From Squalus acanthias (taxonomy: Eukaryota): 64,000 bases of DNA. A program made the position numbers and the translations under genes. A model generated the notes under the pieces. It ran no database searches and was not told where the DNA came from. It saw nothing but the letters and a program-made list of their open reading frames with translations. Positions 32,238-45,200 of this stretch are shown piece by piece (the first letter of the stretch is position 1; every line of letters starts with the position of its first letter). The stretch covers positions 3,348,001 through 3,412,000 of the forward strand of contig JASTWF010000034.1 of NCBI GenBank assembly GCA_030390025.1, read 5' to 3'.

Positions 32238-34460
32238 AGATACATAGAACAGTACAGCACAGTACAGGCCCTTCGGCCCTCGATGTTGTGCCGAGCATTG
32301 TCCGAGAACAAGATCAAGCTATCACACTCCCTATCACTCTGGTGTGCTCCATGTGCTTATCCAATAACCGCTTGAAAGTTCCTAAAGTGTCCGACTCCAC
32401 TATCACAGCAGGCAGTCCATTCCACACCCCAACCACTCTCTGAGTAAAGAATCTACCTCGGACATCCCTTCTATATCTCCCCCCATGCACCTTATAGTTA
32501 TGCCCCCTTGTAACAGCTGCATCTACCCGAGAAAATAGTCTCTGAACATCCACTCTATCTATCCCCCTCATCATCTTATACACCTCTATTAAGTCGCCTC
32601 TCATCCTCCTCCGCTCTAAAGAGAAAAGCCCCAACTCCCTCAATCTTTCCTCATAAGACCTCCCCCCCAAACCAGGCAGCATCCTGGTAAATCTCCTTTG
32701 CACTCTTTCCAATGCTTCCACGTCCTTCCTATAGTGAGGTGACCAGAACTGCACACAATATTCCAAATGTGGTCTCACCAAGGTCCTGTACAGTTGCAGC
32801 ATAACCTCACGGTTCTTAAACTCAAACCCTCTGTTAATAAACGCCAACACACCATAGGCCTTCTTTACTGATCTATCCACTTGAGTGGCAACCTTCAGAG
32901 ATCTGTGGATATGAACCCCCAGATCCCTCTGCTCCTCCACGTTCCTCAGAACCCTGCCGTTGACCCTGTAATCCTTATTCAAATTTGACCTACCAAAATG
33001 AATCACCTCGCACTTATCAGGGTTAAATTCCATCTGCCATTTTTCGGCTCAGCTCTGCATCCTATCAATGTCTCTTTGCAGCCTACAACTGCCCTCCACC
33101 TCATCCACTACTCCACCAATCTTGGTGTCATCAGCAAATTTACTGATCCACCCTTCAGTCCCCTCCTCCAAGTCATTGATAAAAATCACAAACAGCAGAG
33201 GACCCAGCACCGACCCCTGTGGCACACCGTTGGTAACTGGTCTCCAGTCCGAAAATGTTCCATCCACCACCACCCTCTGCCTTCTATGAGATAGCCAGTT
33301 ACTTATCCAATCGGCCAAATTTCCCTGTATCCCACAACTCCTTACTTTCTTCATGAGACGACCATGGGGAACCTTATCAAACGCCTTACTAAAATCCATG
33401 TATACGACATCAACTGCTCTACCTTCATCTACACACTTAGTTACCTCCTCAAAGAATTCAATTAAATTTGTTAGGCAAGACTTACCCTTCACGAATCCGT
33501 GTTGACTATCCCTGATTAAGTTGCCCCTTTCCAAATGGTCATAAATGCTATCCCTCAGGACCTTTTCCATTATCTTACCAACCACCGAAGTAAGACTAAC
33601 CAGCCTATAATTACCAGGGTCATTCCTATTTCCTTTCTTGAAGAGAGGAACAACATTCGCCACTCTCCAGTCCTCTGGCACCATCCCCGTGGACAGTGAG
33701 GACCCAAAGATCAAAGCCAGAGGCTCTGCAATCTCCTCCCTTGCCTCCCAAAGAATCCTAGGATATATCCCATCTGGCCCAGGGGACTTATCGACCCTCA
33801 GGTTCTTCAAAATTGCTAAAACATCTTCCCTCATAACATCTACCACCTCCAGCCTATCCACCTTTATCACACTCTCATCCTCAAGAACATGGCCCCTCTC
33901 CTCGGTGAACACTGACGAAAAGTATTCATTCATCACCTCTCCTATCTCTTCTGACTCCATGCACAAGTTCCCACTACTGTCCTTGACCGGCCCTACCCTC
34001 ACCCTGGTCATTCTTTTATTTCTCACATAACAGTAAAAAGCCTTGGGTTTTTCTTGATCCGACCCGCCAAGGACTTCTCATGCCCCCTCCTAGCTCTCCT
34101 AAGCTCTTTTTTTAGCTAATTCCTTGCTACCTTGTACCCCCAACTGAACCTTGTTTTCTCATCCTTACATACGCTTCCTTTTTCCTCTTGACTAGACATT
34201 CAACCTCTTTTGTGAACCATGGTTCTCTCACTCGGCCATTTCCTCCCTGCCTGACAGGGACAAACCTATCAAGGACACGCAGTAATTGCTCCATGAAAAA
34301 GCTCCACTTTTCGTTTGTGCCTTTCCCTGATAGTTTCTGTTCCCATCTTATACTCCCTAATTCTTGCCTAATCGCATCATAATTACCCCTCCCCCAATTA
34401 TAAACCCTGCCCTGCCGTATGACCCTATCCCTCTCCATTGCAATAGTGAAAGTTACCGAA
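32238..34460 (-). mobile_element. 5'-truncated CR1 LINE of a second subfamily
   Basis: ORF2 pieces 34127-34438, 33049-34026 and 32314-33033 ([25 protein letters not shown]); different 3' tail gaagggcctgtactgtgctgtactgttctatgt; few disablements. Confidence 0.95.
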
Positions 34461-34845
34461 TTTTTCAGTTCAGAACTTCTTTAAAAACGTTTGGACTTCA
34501 AGACCTGGTTGAAACTTGTTTAGATGAGGAGGAAATTGACTTTTCCTTCTGTTTCTTCCGAACTCATATTCAAAACTTAAGGGGGGAAAAATGTTTTTAA
34601 CACTCATTTATCGTGAAAAGTTCATTAAAAATCTTTAAATTGTTTCAAGTCTCGTTCAGCTTTGACAGAAGAAGTTGCTCCAAGTTTCTATTTCCCCCTT
34701 CAATGCTGTCGTTAAACATACAACAAAAAAATAAAATAAAGTCTAATAACAAACGGAGCTCAAATCAGAAAGTGAATAACATGGTAAACTTGCTAAGAAG
34801 GCGGCGAGGTTATCTCTCCCCAGCCCTGGCGATGAGTTGGGATCA

Positions 34846-35296
34846 GTGCTGTACTTGCCCTGGGAGCATTTGATTGGGACAGTGGAGAGAGCTTTAATCT
34901 TTATATAACCCGTGCTGTTATTGCCCGGGGAATGTTTGATGGGACAGTGCAGAGAGCTTTAATCTTTATATAACCCGTGCTGTACTTGCCCTGGGAATGT
35001 TTGATGGGACAGTGCAGAGAGCTTTAATCTTTATATAACCCGTGCTGTTATTGCCCTGGGAGCATTTGATTGGGACAGTGCAGAGAGCTTTAATCTTTAT
35101 ATAGCCCGTGCTGTTATTGCCCGGGGAATGTTTGATTGGGACAGTGCAGAGAGCTTTAATCTTTATATAACCCGTGCTTTTATTGCCCTGGGAATGTTTG
35201 ATGGGACAGTGCAGAGAGCTTTAATCTTAATATAACCCGTGCTGTTATTGCCCTTGGAATGTTTGATTGGGACAGTGCAGAGAGCTTTACTTTACA
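34846..35296 (+). repeat. 65-66-bp tandem repeat, ~7 copies
   Basis: Unit gggacagtgcagagagctttaatctttatataacccgtgctgttattgccctgggaatgtttgat. Confidence 0.95.
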
Positions 35297-35350
35297 TCCC
35301 GGGTGTTTGGGTATTGGGCCACTCCTCCCGCTTACAGAGAAAGAAGTTGA

Positions 35351-35833
35351 GTGTCAAGCAGGGAGTGGAATGTCTGTGAATTGAAAGAGTCTATCATTGG
35401 TCAAAATCTGGGAATGGAGCTTAAGAAAATAAATGAGTCTCTTGTTGGACTCTTGCAGAAACCCGATTTGGGAATGGAGCTTAAGAAAATAAATGACTCT
35501 CTTGTTCGACTCTTGCAGAAACCCGATTTGGGAATGGAGCTTCATTAAATGAATGAGTCTCTTGCTGGACTCTTGCAAATAATTTCTGCTGCCATTACTG
35601 TGAGTCCCTCAGAACCAACCTTACCTGCTCCCAGCACAGAAACAGTGCAGGTCCAAGAGCCAGCTGCTCCGCCTGTGATGATGCAAGCAAACATTGCCTT
35701 GCAGCAGCAGCAGCAGCAGCAACAACCCTGTCAGGAGGCAATTGCTGAAGGGCAAGAGACGGCAAGCAGGGCCGTTTCAAGTCGCAGCACAGGGCACCGG
35801 TCACGGGGAGCGGGAAAGCGCAGGAGACAGTAG
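35351..35833 (+). pseudogene. Probable 3' coding part of the Myb-partner gene of Harbinger element 2
   Basis: One frame broken by a single TAA (35546-35548); three 60-bp in-frame repeats (LGMELKKINESLVGLLQKPD), P/Q-rich linker, basic tail RSRGAGKRRRQ; convergent with the transposase. The Myb domain itself is absent. Confidence 0.5.
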
Positions 35834-36382
35834 GGTGTTGCATTTTCCACAATACACATCCATTGACCCTCAGGCATAGTTTCGAGCGGGTAAACTTTTC
35901 AATTGTTTAATTTTTCGTTTTATTTAAAAGTTACATGTTTTCATTGTTTTTTTATTGAAATATATATTTGTCACTGAAAGTGTAAGTAAACTTTTCATTG
36001 AAAAAGCACAGCCTCTATTCAGTTTTAAAAAATTCAAATTGTTTATTTGCAGAAAAAAATTGAACATTAAAACTGTTTTACATTTAGGAAAGAGTTATTT
36101 TCCAACTTGAATGTCTTTATTGCATTAACGTAGCAAAAAAAGTCAAAAGTGTTTACACATTTTTTTATAACCTATTTCTGTTTACGATTGTTTGCAAAGT
36201 TGAAAAGTAGCTAGTTAACATTGAAAAGTTATAAACTATGTACATCAACACTGAACCTCAGAAGTCTGTAATGCTGCAATAAAAGAGCACTGTTTCACTT
36301 TAAATTGTGTCTGTTCCTTTATTTGCCTTGCTGGGGGAGAGGGAGAGGGAGGGGGAGGGGGAGGGGGAGATACAAGGCGACA

Positions 36383-37532
36383 CTATCTCGTGAAGGTGTT
36401 GTCTACCAGCTGCTCCCGAACAGCCTTACTTTGAGCAGCAGTTGGCTCTTCCCCATTAGGCCTTCCCACAGGCACATTGGCATTGTCCACATCCTCCAGT
36501 TCTGCAGGTAGTTCATCTGCAGCGTTAAGGGTCAGTCCTTCCCGCAGGGCAAAGTTATGCAAAGCACAACAGACCACCACAATCTTTGCCACTTTCAGAG
36601 GAGAATACTGCAAGGTCCCCCCTGACCTGTCCAGGCACCGGAAGCGTGATTTCAGAACTCCGATTGTCCTCTCCACCTATTGCCGTGTGGACACGTGTGC
36701 CTGGTTGTATCTCTCCTGAGCCTCATTATTGGTCTTACGGTAGGGAGTCATCAGCCATGGTCTTAGCGGGTATCCCTTGTCGCCCAATATCCATGCGGAT
36801 CCTGGAGGCAATGCGTTGAGGTCGCCATATAAGTTAGAGTTACGGAAGACGAAGGAGTCATGATTACTTCCACGGTTACTTGCATTCACATTTAAAATCC
36901 TGAGATGCGCATCACAGACAATCTGGACATTCAATGAATGAAACCCCTTCCTGTTGATAAATGTCACAGGTGCAACCCCTGGTGCCTTCAATGCTACATG
37001 GGTTCCATCGAAGACCCCAATCACTTTGGGGAATCCAGCAATGTTATGAAATGCAAGCGCCATCTCCTTTTGATGGCGAGCGGACAAGTCATAGTTAATG
37101 AACTCAGAAGCCCTACGGAAAATGGCTTCTGTGACCTGGTGAATGCAGGCCCTCGCAGCATTCTTGGATATGTTGGAAATGTCACCGGTGCTTGCCTGAA
37201 AAGTCCCACTTGCAAAGAAGTTCAGTTCTGTGGTTACCTTCATGCTCACTGATAATGCAGTGCGGCTCTTCGAGCGTGTTTGAAAGTCCTCCTTTAACAT
37301 GTCACAGATTCAGGCCAATTGACTCTTTACTGAAGCGCAGCCTCCTCACACACAGCTCCTCCGACAGCATCTCAAATGACAGCCTCTCCCTGTACACTCT
37401 ATTTGGTGGGTAGTAGTTTCTCCTTCTCAGGAGGAGACGGGCTTGGTTCCTCCATCTGATTTGTTGTCTGGCGTCAAAAATTCTCTGATACACAATCCCA
37501 CAGAGGAACAGGAATTGACTGTGAAAGGGCAT
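36383..37532 (-). pseudogene. Harbinger/PIF DDE transposase, nearly intact (element 2)
   Basis: NRVYRER, RRLRFSK, FFASGTFQ, FDGTHV, NRKGFHSLNVQIVCD, GSNHDSFVF, LGDKGYP, ERTIGVLKSRFRCL. One frameshift near 37305 and one TAG at 36677-36679. Confidence 0.95.
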
Positions 37533-38099
37533 CTTTCTCCCTCACAGGCTTCCTGCTTCAAACAGAAAGTTGTAATGAAAAAATGGAAATAGTTGTTAAA
37601 GTAACTTTAGTAAAGTGAGTGGCTATAAAATCAGGTCGGGCTATGGTGGGAAACGTGCGCTATCGGATTGGGAACACCTCTACCCGCCACACGGCCCTAG
37701 TTGATTTTCCAGAACTGTAACATTTTCATAAATTAATGCATACATACATACATACATACTTACTTAGAATTACTCATTTTCATCTTTAAAACTTTTTGAA
37801 ATGTAAATAGTTCATTTTGAAACTTTCATTTTCACATTTATGATAGATACCTAAATATGTCTTGTACACACCCACAGTTGCTATACTACTCCAAATGGTC
37901 AAAACCCGTTTTTAAACTTTTTTTAAATTGCAAACTTACCTAAGACTTAATTAAATAAACATTGGTGGCTTTCAGATTTAAAAAAACTCACTTCAGTAGC
38001 CCCACTGCAAAAGGATTTATTCCTCCTGCTGTCTCCGGATCTTCAAAAATGTCTCTTACTCCTGCTTTTTACATGTGTAACTGCTAGGAGCTTACACAC

Positions 38100-38309
38100 A
38101 CTACTTTCATTCAGAAAAATATTAAATTTCAGGACGCACGCGCAGAATCTCCAGCCCACGCGATTCCACGGAGATACCTGCAAGTGAACCAACATGAAGT
38201 GCCGGTTTTCAGCGCATGATCAGTGCATGCAGAAAACCGGCAATTGGAGACAGAATACGCGAGAGTACACAGTGCGTACTCTCGCATACTGAGACTAATT
38301 TTTGGGCCA
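38100..38309 (-). mobile_element. Probable terminal region of Harbinger element 2
   Basis: Ends ...ctaatttttgggcca|TTA at the satellite junction (GGCCC-type terminus, TTA/TAA target); subterminal inverted repeat ccggttttc...gaaaaccgg at 38201-38240. No matching left end seen. Confidence 0.5.
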
Positions 38310-38792
38310 TTAACTTTATTCCCCGGTGTAGAATGTATCATGTCGAAATTAACAATTAACTGTAAATTTATTACCCGGTGTAGAGATTATCCTGTTAAAA
38401 AAATGACTGTAACTATATTCCACAGTGTAGAGGGTATCATGTCAATTCAACAATTAACTGTAACTTTATTCTCTGGTGTACAGGGTATAATGTCTAAATT
38501 AACAATTAACTAACTTTATTACCCGGTGTGGATGGTATTATGTCAAAATTAGCAATTAACTGTAACTATATTCCCCGGTGTGGAGGGAATCATGTCTAAA
38601 TAAACAATTAAATGTAACTTTAGTGTCCTTTGTAGAAGGTATCATGTTTAAATTAACAATTAAGTATAATTTTATTCCCCGGTGTACAGGGTATCATTTC
38701 AAAATTAACAATTAACTGTAACTTTATTCCCCGGTGTAGAGGGCATCATGTCTAAATTAACAATTAACTGTAACTTTATTCCCCGGTGTAGA

Positions 38793-39220
38793 GGGCAACA
38801 CGGTGGCATAGTGGTTAGCACTGGTGCCTCACAGCGCCAGAGACCCGGGTTCGAATCTGACCTCGGGTGACTGTCTGTGTGGAGTTTGCACATTCTCCCC
38901 GTGTCTGCGTGGGTTTCCTCCGGGTGCTCCGGTTTCCTCCCACAGTCCAAAAATGTGTGGGTTAGGTTGATTTGGCTATGATAAATTGACCTTAGTGTTA
39001 GGGGGGATTAAATATGTGGGGTTATGGGGATAGGATGGGATATGTTAGGGGGAATTAAATACGTGGGGTTACGGGGGTAGGGTGGGATATGTGTACTGTG
39101 GGGATTAAAGCAGGGACAGGGTACTGGATTTGGATGATCAGCCATGATCGTATTGAATGGCGGAGCAGGCTCGACGGGCCGAATGGCCTACTCCTGCTCC
39201 TAGATTCTATGTTTCTATGT
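38793..39220 (+). mobile_element. HE1-like V-SINE with CR1-derived tail
   Basis: A box TGGCATAGTGG, B box GGTTCGAATC, V domain TGTGTGGAGTTTGCACATTCTCCCCGTGTCTGCGTGGGTTTCCTCCGGGTGCTCCGGTTTCCTCCCACA; tail nearly identical to the CR1 3' UTR at 29015-29100. Confidence 0.92.
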
Positions 39221-42200
39221 CTAAATTAACAATTAACTGTAACTTTATTCCCCGTTGTAGAGGCATCATTTCAAATTAAATGTTAAGTGTAACTATATTC
39301 ACTGGTGTTGAGGGCATCATGTCAAATTAACAATTAACTGCAACTTTATTCCCCGATGTAGAAGGAATTATGCCTAAATTAACAATTAACTGTAACGTTA
39401 TTCCCCCGATGTAGAGGGTATCACCTCTAAATCAACAATTAACTGTAACTATATTCCCCGGTGTTGAGGGAATCCTGTCTAAATTAACAATTAACTGTAA
39501 CTTTATTCCCCTGTGTAGAAGGTATCATGTCTAAATTAACAATTAACTGTAACTTTATTCCCCAGTGTAGAGGGCATCATGTATAAATTAACAATTCTCT
39601 GCAACTTTATTCCCCGATGTAGAGTGCATAATGTCAAATTAACAATTAACTGTAACTTTATTCTCCAATGCAGAGGCAACATGTCAAATTAACAATTAAC
39701 TTGAACATTATTCCCCAGTGTAGAGGATATCATTTCAAATAAAACAATTAACTCTAAATTTACTTCCTGCTGTAGAGGGGTTCATGCCTAAATTAACAAT
39801 TGATAATTACTTTATTCCCCGGTGCCGAGGTTAACATGTCAAATAAAACATTGCCTTTTACTTTTTTCCCCGTTGTAGAGTGCTTCATGTAATAATTAGC
39901 AATTGACTGAAACTCTATTCCCCGGTGTGCAGGGAGTCATCTCTAAATTAACAATTAATTGTAACTTTATTCATCTGTGTAGAAGGTATCATGTCTAAAT
40001 TAACAATTAACATTAACTTTATTCCCAAGTCAAGATGGCATCATGTCGAATTTAACAATTAACTGTAACTTTATTCCCCGTTGTAGAGGGTATCATTTCA
40101 AATTAAATATTAAGTGTAACTATATTCACTGGTGTAGAGGGCATTATGTCAATTTAACAATTAACTGTAACTTTATTCCCTGGTGTATAGTGAATCATGT
40201 CAAATTAACAAGTAACTGTAAGTTTATTCCCCGGTCCAGAGGGTATCATGTCTCAGTTAACAATTTACTGTAACTTTATTACACGATGTAGAGTGTATCA
40301 TGACGAAATTAACAATTAACTGTAACGTTATACCCCGGTTTAGAGGGTATCATGTCAAATTAACAGCCAACTATATCTTTATTCCCCAGTGTAGAGGTTA
40401 TCATGACAAATTAAAAATTAACTTTCAGTTTATTCCCCAGTTTAGAAGGTATCAAGTCTAAATTAAAAATTAACTGTAATTTTATTGACCAATATAGAGT
40501 GTATCATGTCAAATTAACAATTAACTGTAACTTCATTCCCCGGTGTAGAGTGTATAATGTCAAATTAACAATTAAGTGTAACTTTATTCCCCGGTTTAGA
40601 GGGAATCATTTCAAAATTAACAATTCACTGTAACTTTATTCCCCGGTGTAGAGGGCATCATGTCAAATTAACATTTACCTGTAACCTTATTCCTCGGTAT
40701 TAAAGAGGGTATCATATCTAATTTAACAATTTAATGTAACTTTATTCCCCCGTGTAGAGGTTATCATGTAAAATTAACAATCAACTTTAACTTTATTCCA
40801 CAGTGTAGAGGTTTTCATGAAAATTAAAAAAGTAAATTTAAATATATACCCCAGTTTAGTGGGCATCATGTAAAATTAACAATTAACTCTAACTTTATTC
40901 CCCGGTGTAGAGGGTATCATGTCCAATTAACAGGTAACTGTAACTGTAGTCCCCGGTGTAGAGGGCTTCATGTCAAAATTAACAATTAACTGTAACATTA
41001 TTCCACAGTGTAGAGGGTCTCATGTCAAAATTAGAAATTGACTGAAACTTTATTCCATTGTGTGGAGGGAATCATGTCTAAATTAACAATTAACTGTAAC
41101 TTTATTCCCCGGTTTGCCGGGAATCATGTCTAAATTAACAATTAACTGTAACTTTATTCCACTGTGCAGAAGGTATCATGTCTAAATTAACAATTAACTG
41201 AAACTTTATTCCCCGGTGTAGAGGGTGTCATGCAAAATTGACAATTAACTAACTTTATTCGCCGTTGTAGAGGGTATCATGTAAAATTAACAACCAACTT
41301 TAACTTTATTCCCAGTGTAGAGGTTATCATGACAAATTAAAAATTAAATTTAAATTTATTCCCCAGTGTAGTGGGCATCATGGCGAAATTAACAATTAAC
41401 TGTAACATTATTCCAAAATGTAGAGCATATCACGTCAAAATTAGCAATTGACTGTAACTTTAAAAAAGGGTGTGCAGGGAATCATGTCTAAATTAACAAT
41501 TTCCTGTAACTTTATTCCCCGGTATACAGGGTATCATGTCAAAATTAGCAATTTATCTGTAATATATTCCCCGGTGTAGAGGGCATCATGACAAATTAAA
41601 AATTCACTTTAACTTTATTCCCCAGTTTGGAAGGTAGCATGTCTAAATTAAAAATTAACTAATTTTATTCACCAATGTAGAGGGCCTCCTGTCGAAATTA
41701 ACAACTAACTGAAACTTTATACCCCGGTGTAGAGGGCATCATGTCAAATTTTCAATGAAGTGTAACTTTATTCCCCGGTTTAGAGGGAATAATTTCTAAA
41801 TTAACAATTCACTGTAACTTTATTCCCCGGTGTAGAGGGCATCATGTCAAATTAAAATGTAACTGTAATCTTATTCCTCGGTGTAGAGGGTATCATATCT
41901 AAATTTACAATTTAATGTAACTTTATTCCCCAGTATAGAGGTTATCATGTAAAATTAACAATCATCTCTAACTTTGTTCCACAGTGTAGAGGGTATCATG
42001 TAAAATTAACATTCAACTATAACTTTATTCCACAGTTTATAGGTTTTCATGAAAACTTAACAAATAACTGTAAGTTTATTCCCCGGTGTAGAGTGTATCA
42101 TGTCAAATTAACAAGTAACTGTAACTTTAGTCCCCGGTGTAGGGGGCTTCATTTCAAAATTAACAATTAACTGTAACGTTATTCCACAGTGTAGAGGGTA

Positions 42201-45200
42201 TCATGTCAAAATTAGCAAATGGCTGAAACTTTATTCCATTGTGTGAAGGGAATCATATCTAAATTAACAATTATCTGTAACTTTATTCCCCTGTGTAGAA
42301 GGTATCATGTAAAATTAACAATCAACTGTAACTTTATTCCCCGGTGTAGAGGTTAATATGTAAAATTAACAATCAACTGTAACTTTATTCCCAGTGTAGA
42401 GGTTTTCATGACAAATTAAATATTAAATTTAAATTATTCCCCAGTGTAGTGGGCATCATGGCAAAATTAACAAGTAACTGTAACATTATTCCAAATTGTT
42501 GTGGATATCATGTCAAAATTAGCAATTGACTGTAACTTTATTCTACGTTGTGCAGGGAATCACGTCTAAATTAACAAATAATGGTAACTTTTTTCCCCTG
42601 TGCAGAAGGTATCATGTCTAAATTACCAATTAACTGTAACTTTATTCCCCTGTGTAGAGGGCATCATTTTTAAATTAACAATTAACTGTAACTTTATTCT
42701 CCAATGCAGAGGCAGCATGTCAAATTAACAATTAACTTTAACATTATTCCCCAGTGTAGAGGATTTCATGTCAAATTAACAATTAACTGCAGATTTACTC
42801 CCTGCTGTAGCGGGTTTAATGCCTAAATTAACAATTGATAATTCATTATTCCCCGGTGCCGAGGGGTCATGTCAAATAAAAAATTGACTTGTACGTTATT
42901 ACCCGGTGTAGACGGCTTCATGTCAAAATTAACAATTAACTGTAAAATTATTCCCTAGTGCATGGGTATCATGTCATAATTAGCAATTGACTGAAACTTT
43001 ATTCCCCGGGGTGCAGGGAGTCATCTCTAAATTAACAATTAATTGTAACTTTATTCATCTGTGTAGAAGGTATCATGTCTAAATTAACAATTAACATTAA
43101 CTTTATTCCCCAGTCAAGATGGTATCATGTCAAATGAACAATTAACTGTAACTTTATTCCCCGTTGTCGAGGGCATCATTTCAAATTAGATATTAAGTGT
43201 AACTATATTCACTGGTGTGGAGGGCATTATGTCGAATTTAACAATTAACTGTAAAATTATTCCCTGGTGCAGAGGGTATCATTTCATAATTAGCAATTGA
43301 CTGAAACTTTATTCCCCGGTGTGCAGGGAATCATGTTTAAATTAACAATTAACTGTAACTTTATTCAACTGTGTCGAATATATCATGTCTAAATTAACAA
43401 TTTACTGCAACTTTATTCCACAGTCAAGATAGCATCATGTCGAATTTAACAATTAAGTGTAACTTTATTCCCCAGTGTAGAGGGCATCATGTCAAATGAA
43501 CAATTAACTGTAACTTTATTCCCCGTTGTCGAGGGCATCAATTCAAATTAAATATTAAGTGTAACTATATTCACTGATGTAGAGGGCATCATGTCAATTT
43601 ACAAATGAACTGTAACTTTATTCCCCGATGTAGAAGAAATTATGTCTAAATTAACAATTAACTGTAACTTTATTCCCAGTCAAGATGGCATCATGTCAAA
43701 TGAACAATTAACTGTAACTTTATTCCCCGTTGTCGAGGGCATCATTCTGAAACTTTATTCCCCGGTGTGCAGGGAATCATGTTTAAATTAACAATTAACT
43801 GTAACTTTATTCAACTGTGTCGAATATATCATGTCTAAATTAACAATTTACTGTAACTTTATTCCACAGTCAAGATAGCATCATGTCGAATTTAACAATT
43901 AAGTGTAACTTTATTCCCCGGTGTAGAGAGCATCATGTCAAATGCACAATTAACTGTAACTTTATTCCCCGTTGTCGAGGGCATCATTTCAAATTAAATA
44001 TTAAGTGTAACTATATTCACTGGTGTCGAGGGCATCATGTCAATTTAACAATGAACTGTAACTTTATTCCCCGATGTAGAAGAAATTATGTCTAAATTAA
44101 CAATTAACTGTAACTTTATTCCCCAGTCTAGATGGCATCATGTAGAATTTAACAATTAACTGTAACTTTATTCCCCTGTACAGAAGGTATCATGTCTAAA
44201 TTTACAATTAACTGTAACTTTAGTCCCCGGTGTAGAGGGTATCATGTAAAATTAACAATCAAGTGTAACTTTATTCCCCTGTGTAGAGGGTATCATGTAA
44301 AATGAACAATCAACTGTAACTTTATTCCCAGTGTAGAGGTTATCATGACAAATTAAAAATTAAATTTAAATTTATTCCCCAGTGTAGTGGGCATCATGGC
44401 AAAATTAACAATTAACTGTAACATTATTCCAAATTGTAGGGGATATCATGTCAAAATTAGCAATTGACTGTAACTTTATTCTATGGTGTGCAGGGAATCA
44501 TGTCTAAATTAACAATTAACTGTAACTTTATTCCCCGGTATACAGGGTATCATGTCAAAATTAGCAATTAACCGTAACTATATTCCACTGTGTAGAGGGC
44601 ATCTTGACAAATTAAAAATTAACTTTAACTTTATTCCCCAGTTTAGAAGGTATCATGTCTAAATTAAAAATTAACTGTAATTTTATTCACCAATGTAGAG
44701 GGCCTCCTGTCGAAATTAACGATTTACTGAAACTGTATACCCCGGTGTAGAGGGCGTCATGTCAAATTAACAATGAAGTGTAACTTTATTCCCCGGTTTA
44801 GAGGGATTTATTTCTGAATTAACAATTCACTGTAACTTTATTCCCCGGTGTGCAGGGAATCATGTCTCAATTAACAATTAACTTTAACTTTATTCCCCAG
44901 TCAAGATGGCATCATGTCGAATTTAACAATTAACTGTAACTTTATTCCCCGGTCTAGAGGGCATCATTTCAAATTAAATATTAAGTGTAACTATATTCAC
45001 TGGTGTAGAGGGCATCATGTCAACTTAACAATTAATTGTAACGCTACTCCCCTATGTAGAAGAAATTATGTCTAAATTAACAATTAACTGTAACTTTATT
45101 CAACTGTGTAGAAGGTATCATGTCTAAATTAACAATTAACTGTAACTTTATTCCCCAGTCTAGATGGCATCATGTCGAAATTTACAATTAACTATAGCTT

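Noticed and set aside
34846..35296. Common ancestry of the 65-, 51- and 32-bp repeats through a shared CAGTG(TA)GAGGG-like word
   Set aside because: The similarity is about 10 bp and cannot be told from chance without statistics.
36305..36511. RG-repeat ORF
   Set aside because: A (GGGAGA/GGGGGA)n microsatellite just downstream of the transposase stop.
36383..37532. Host HARBI1 gene (and NAIF1 for the Myb exon at 3099)
   Set aside because: Disablements, convergent two-gene layout and two distinct copies indicate transposons rather than domesticated genes.
38793..38865. tRNA genes here and at ~2370-2439
   Set aside because: A/B boxes continue into SINE bodies and no full cloverleaf is evident.
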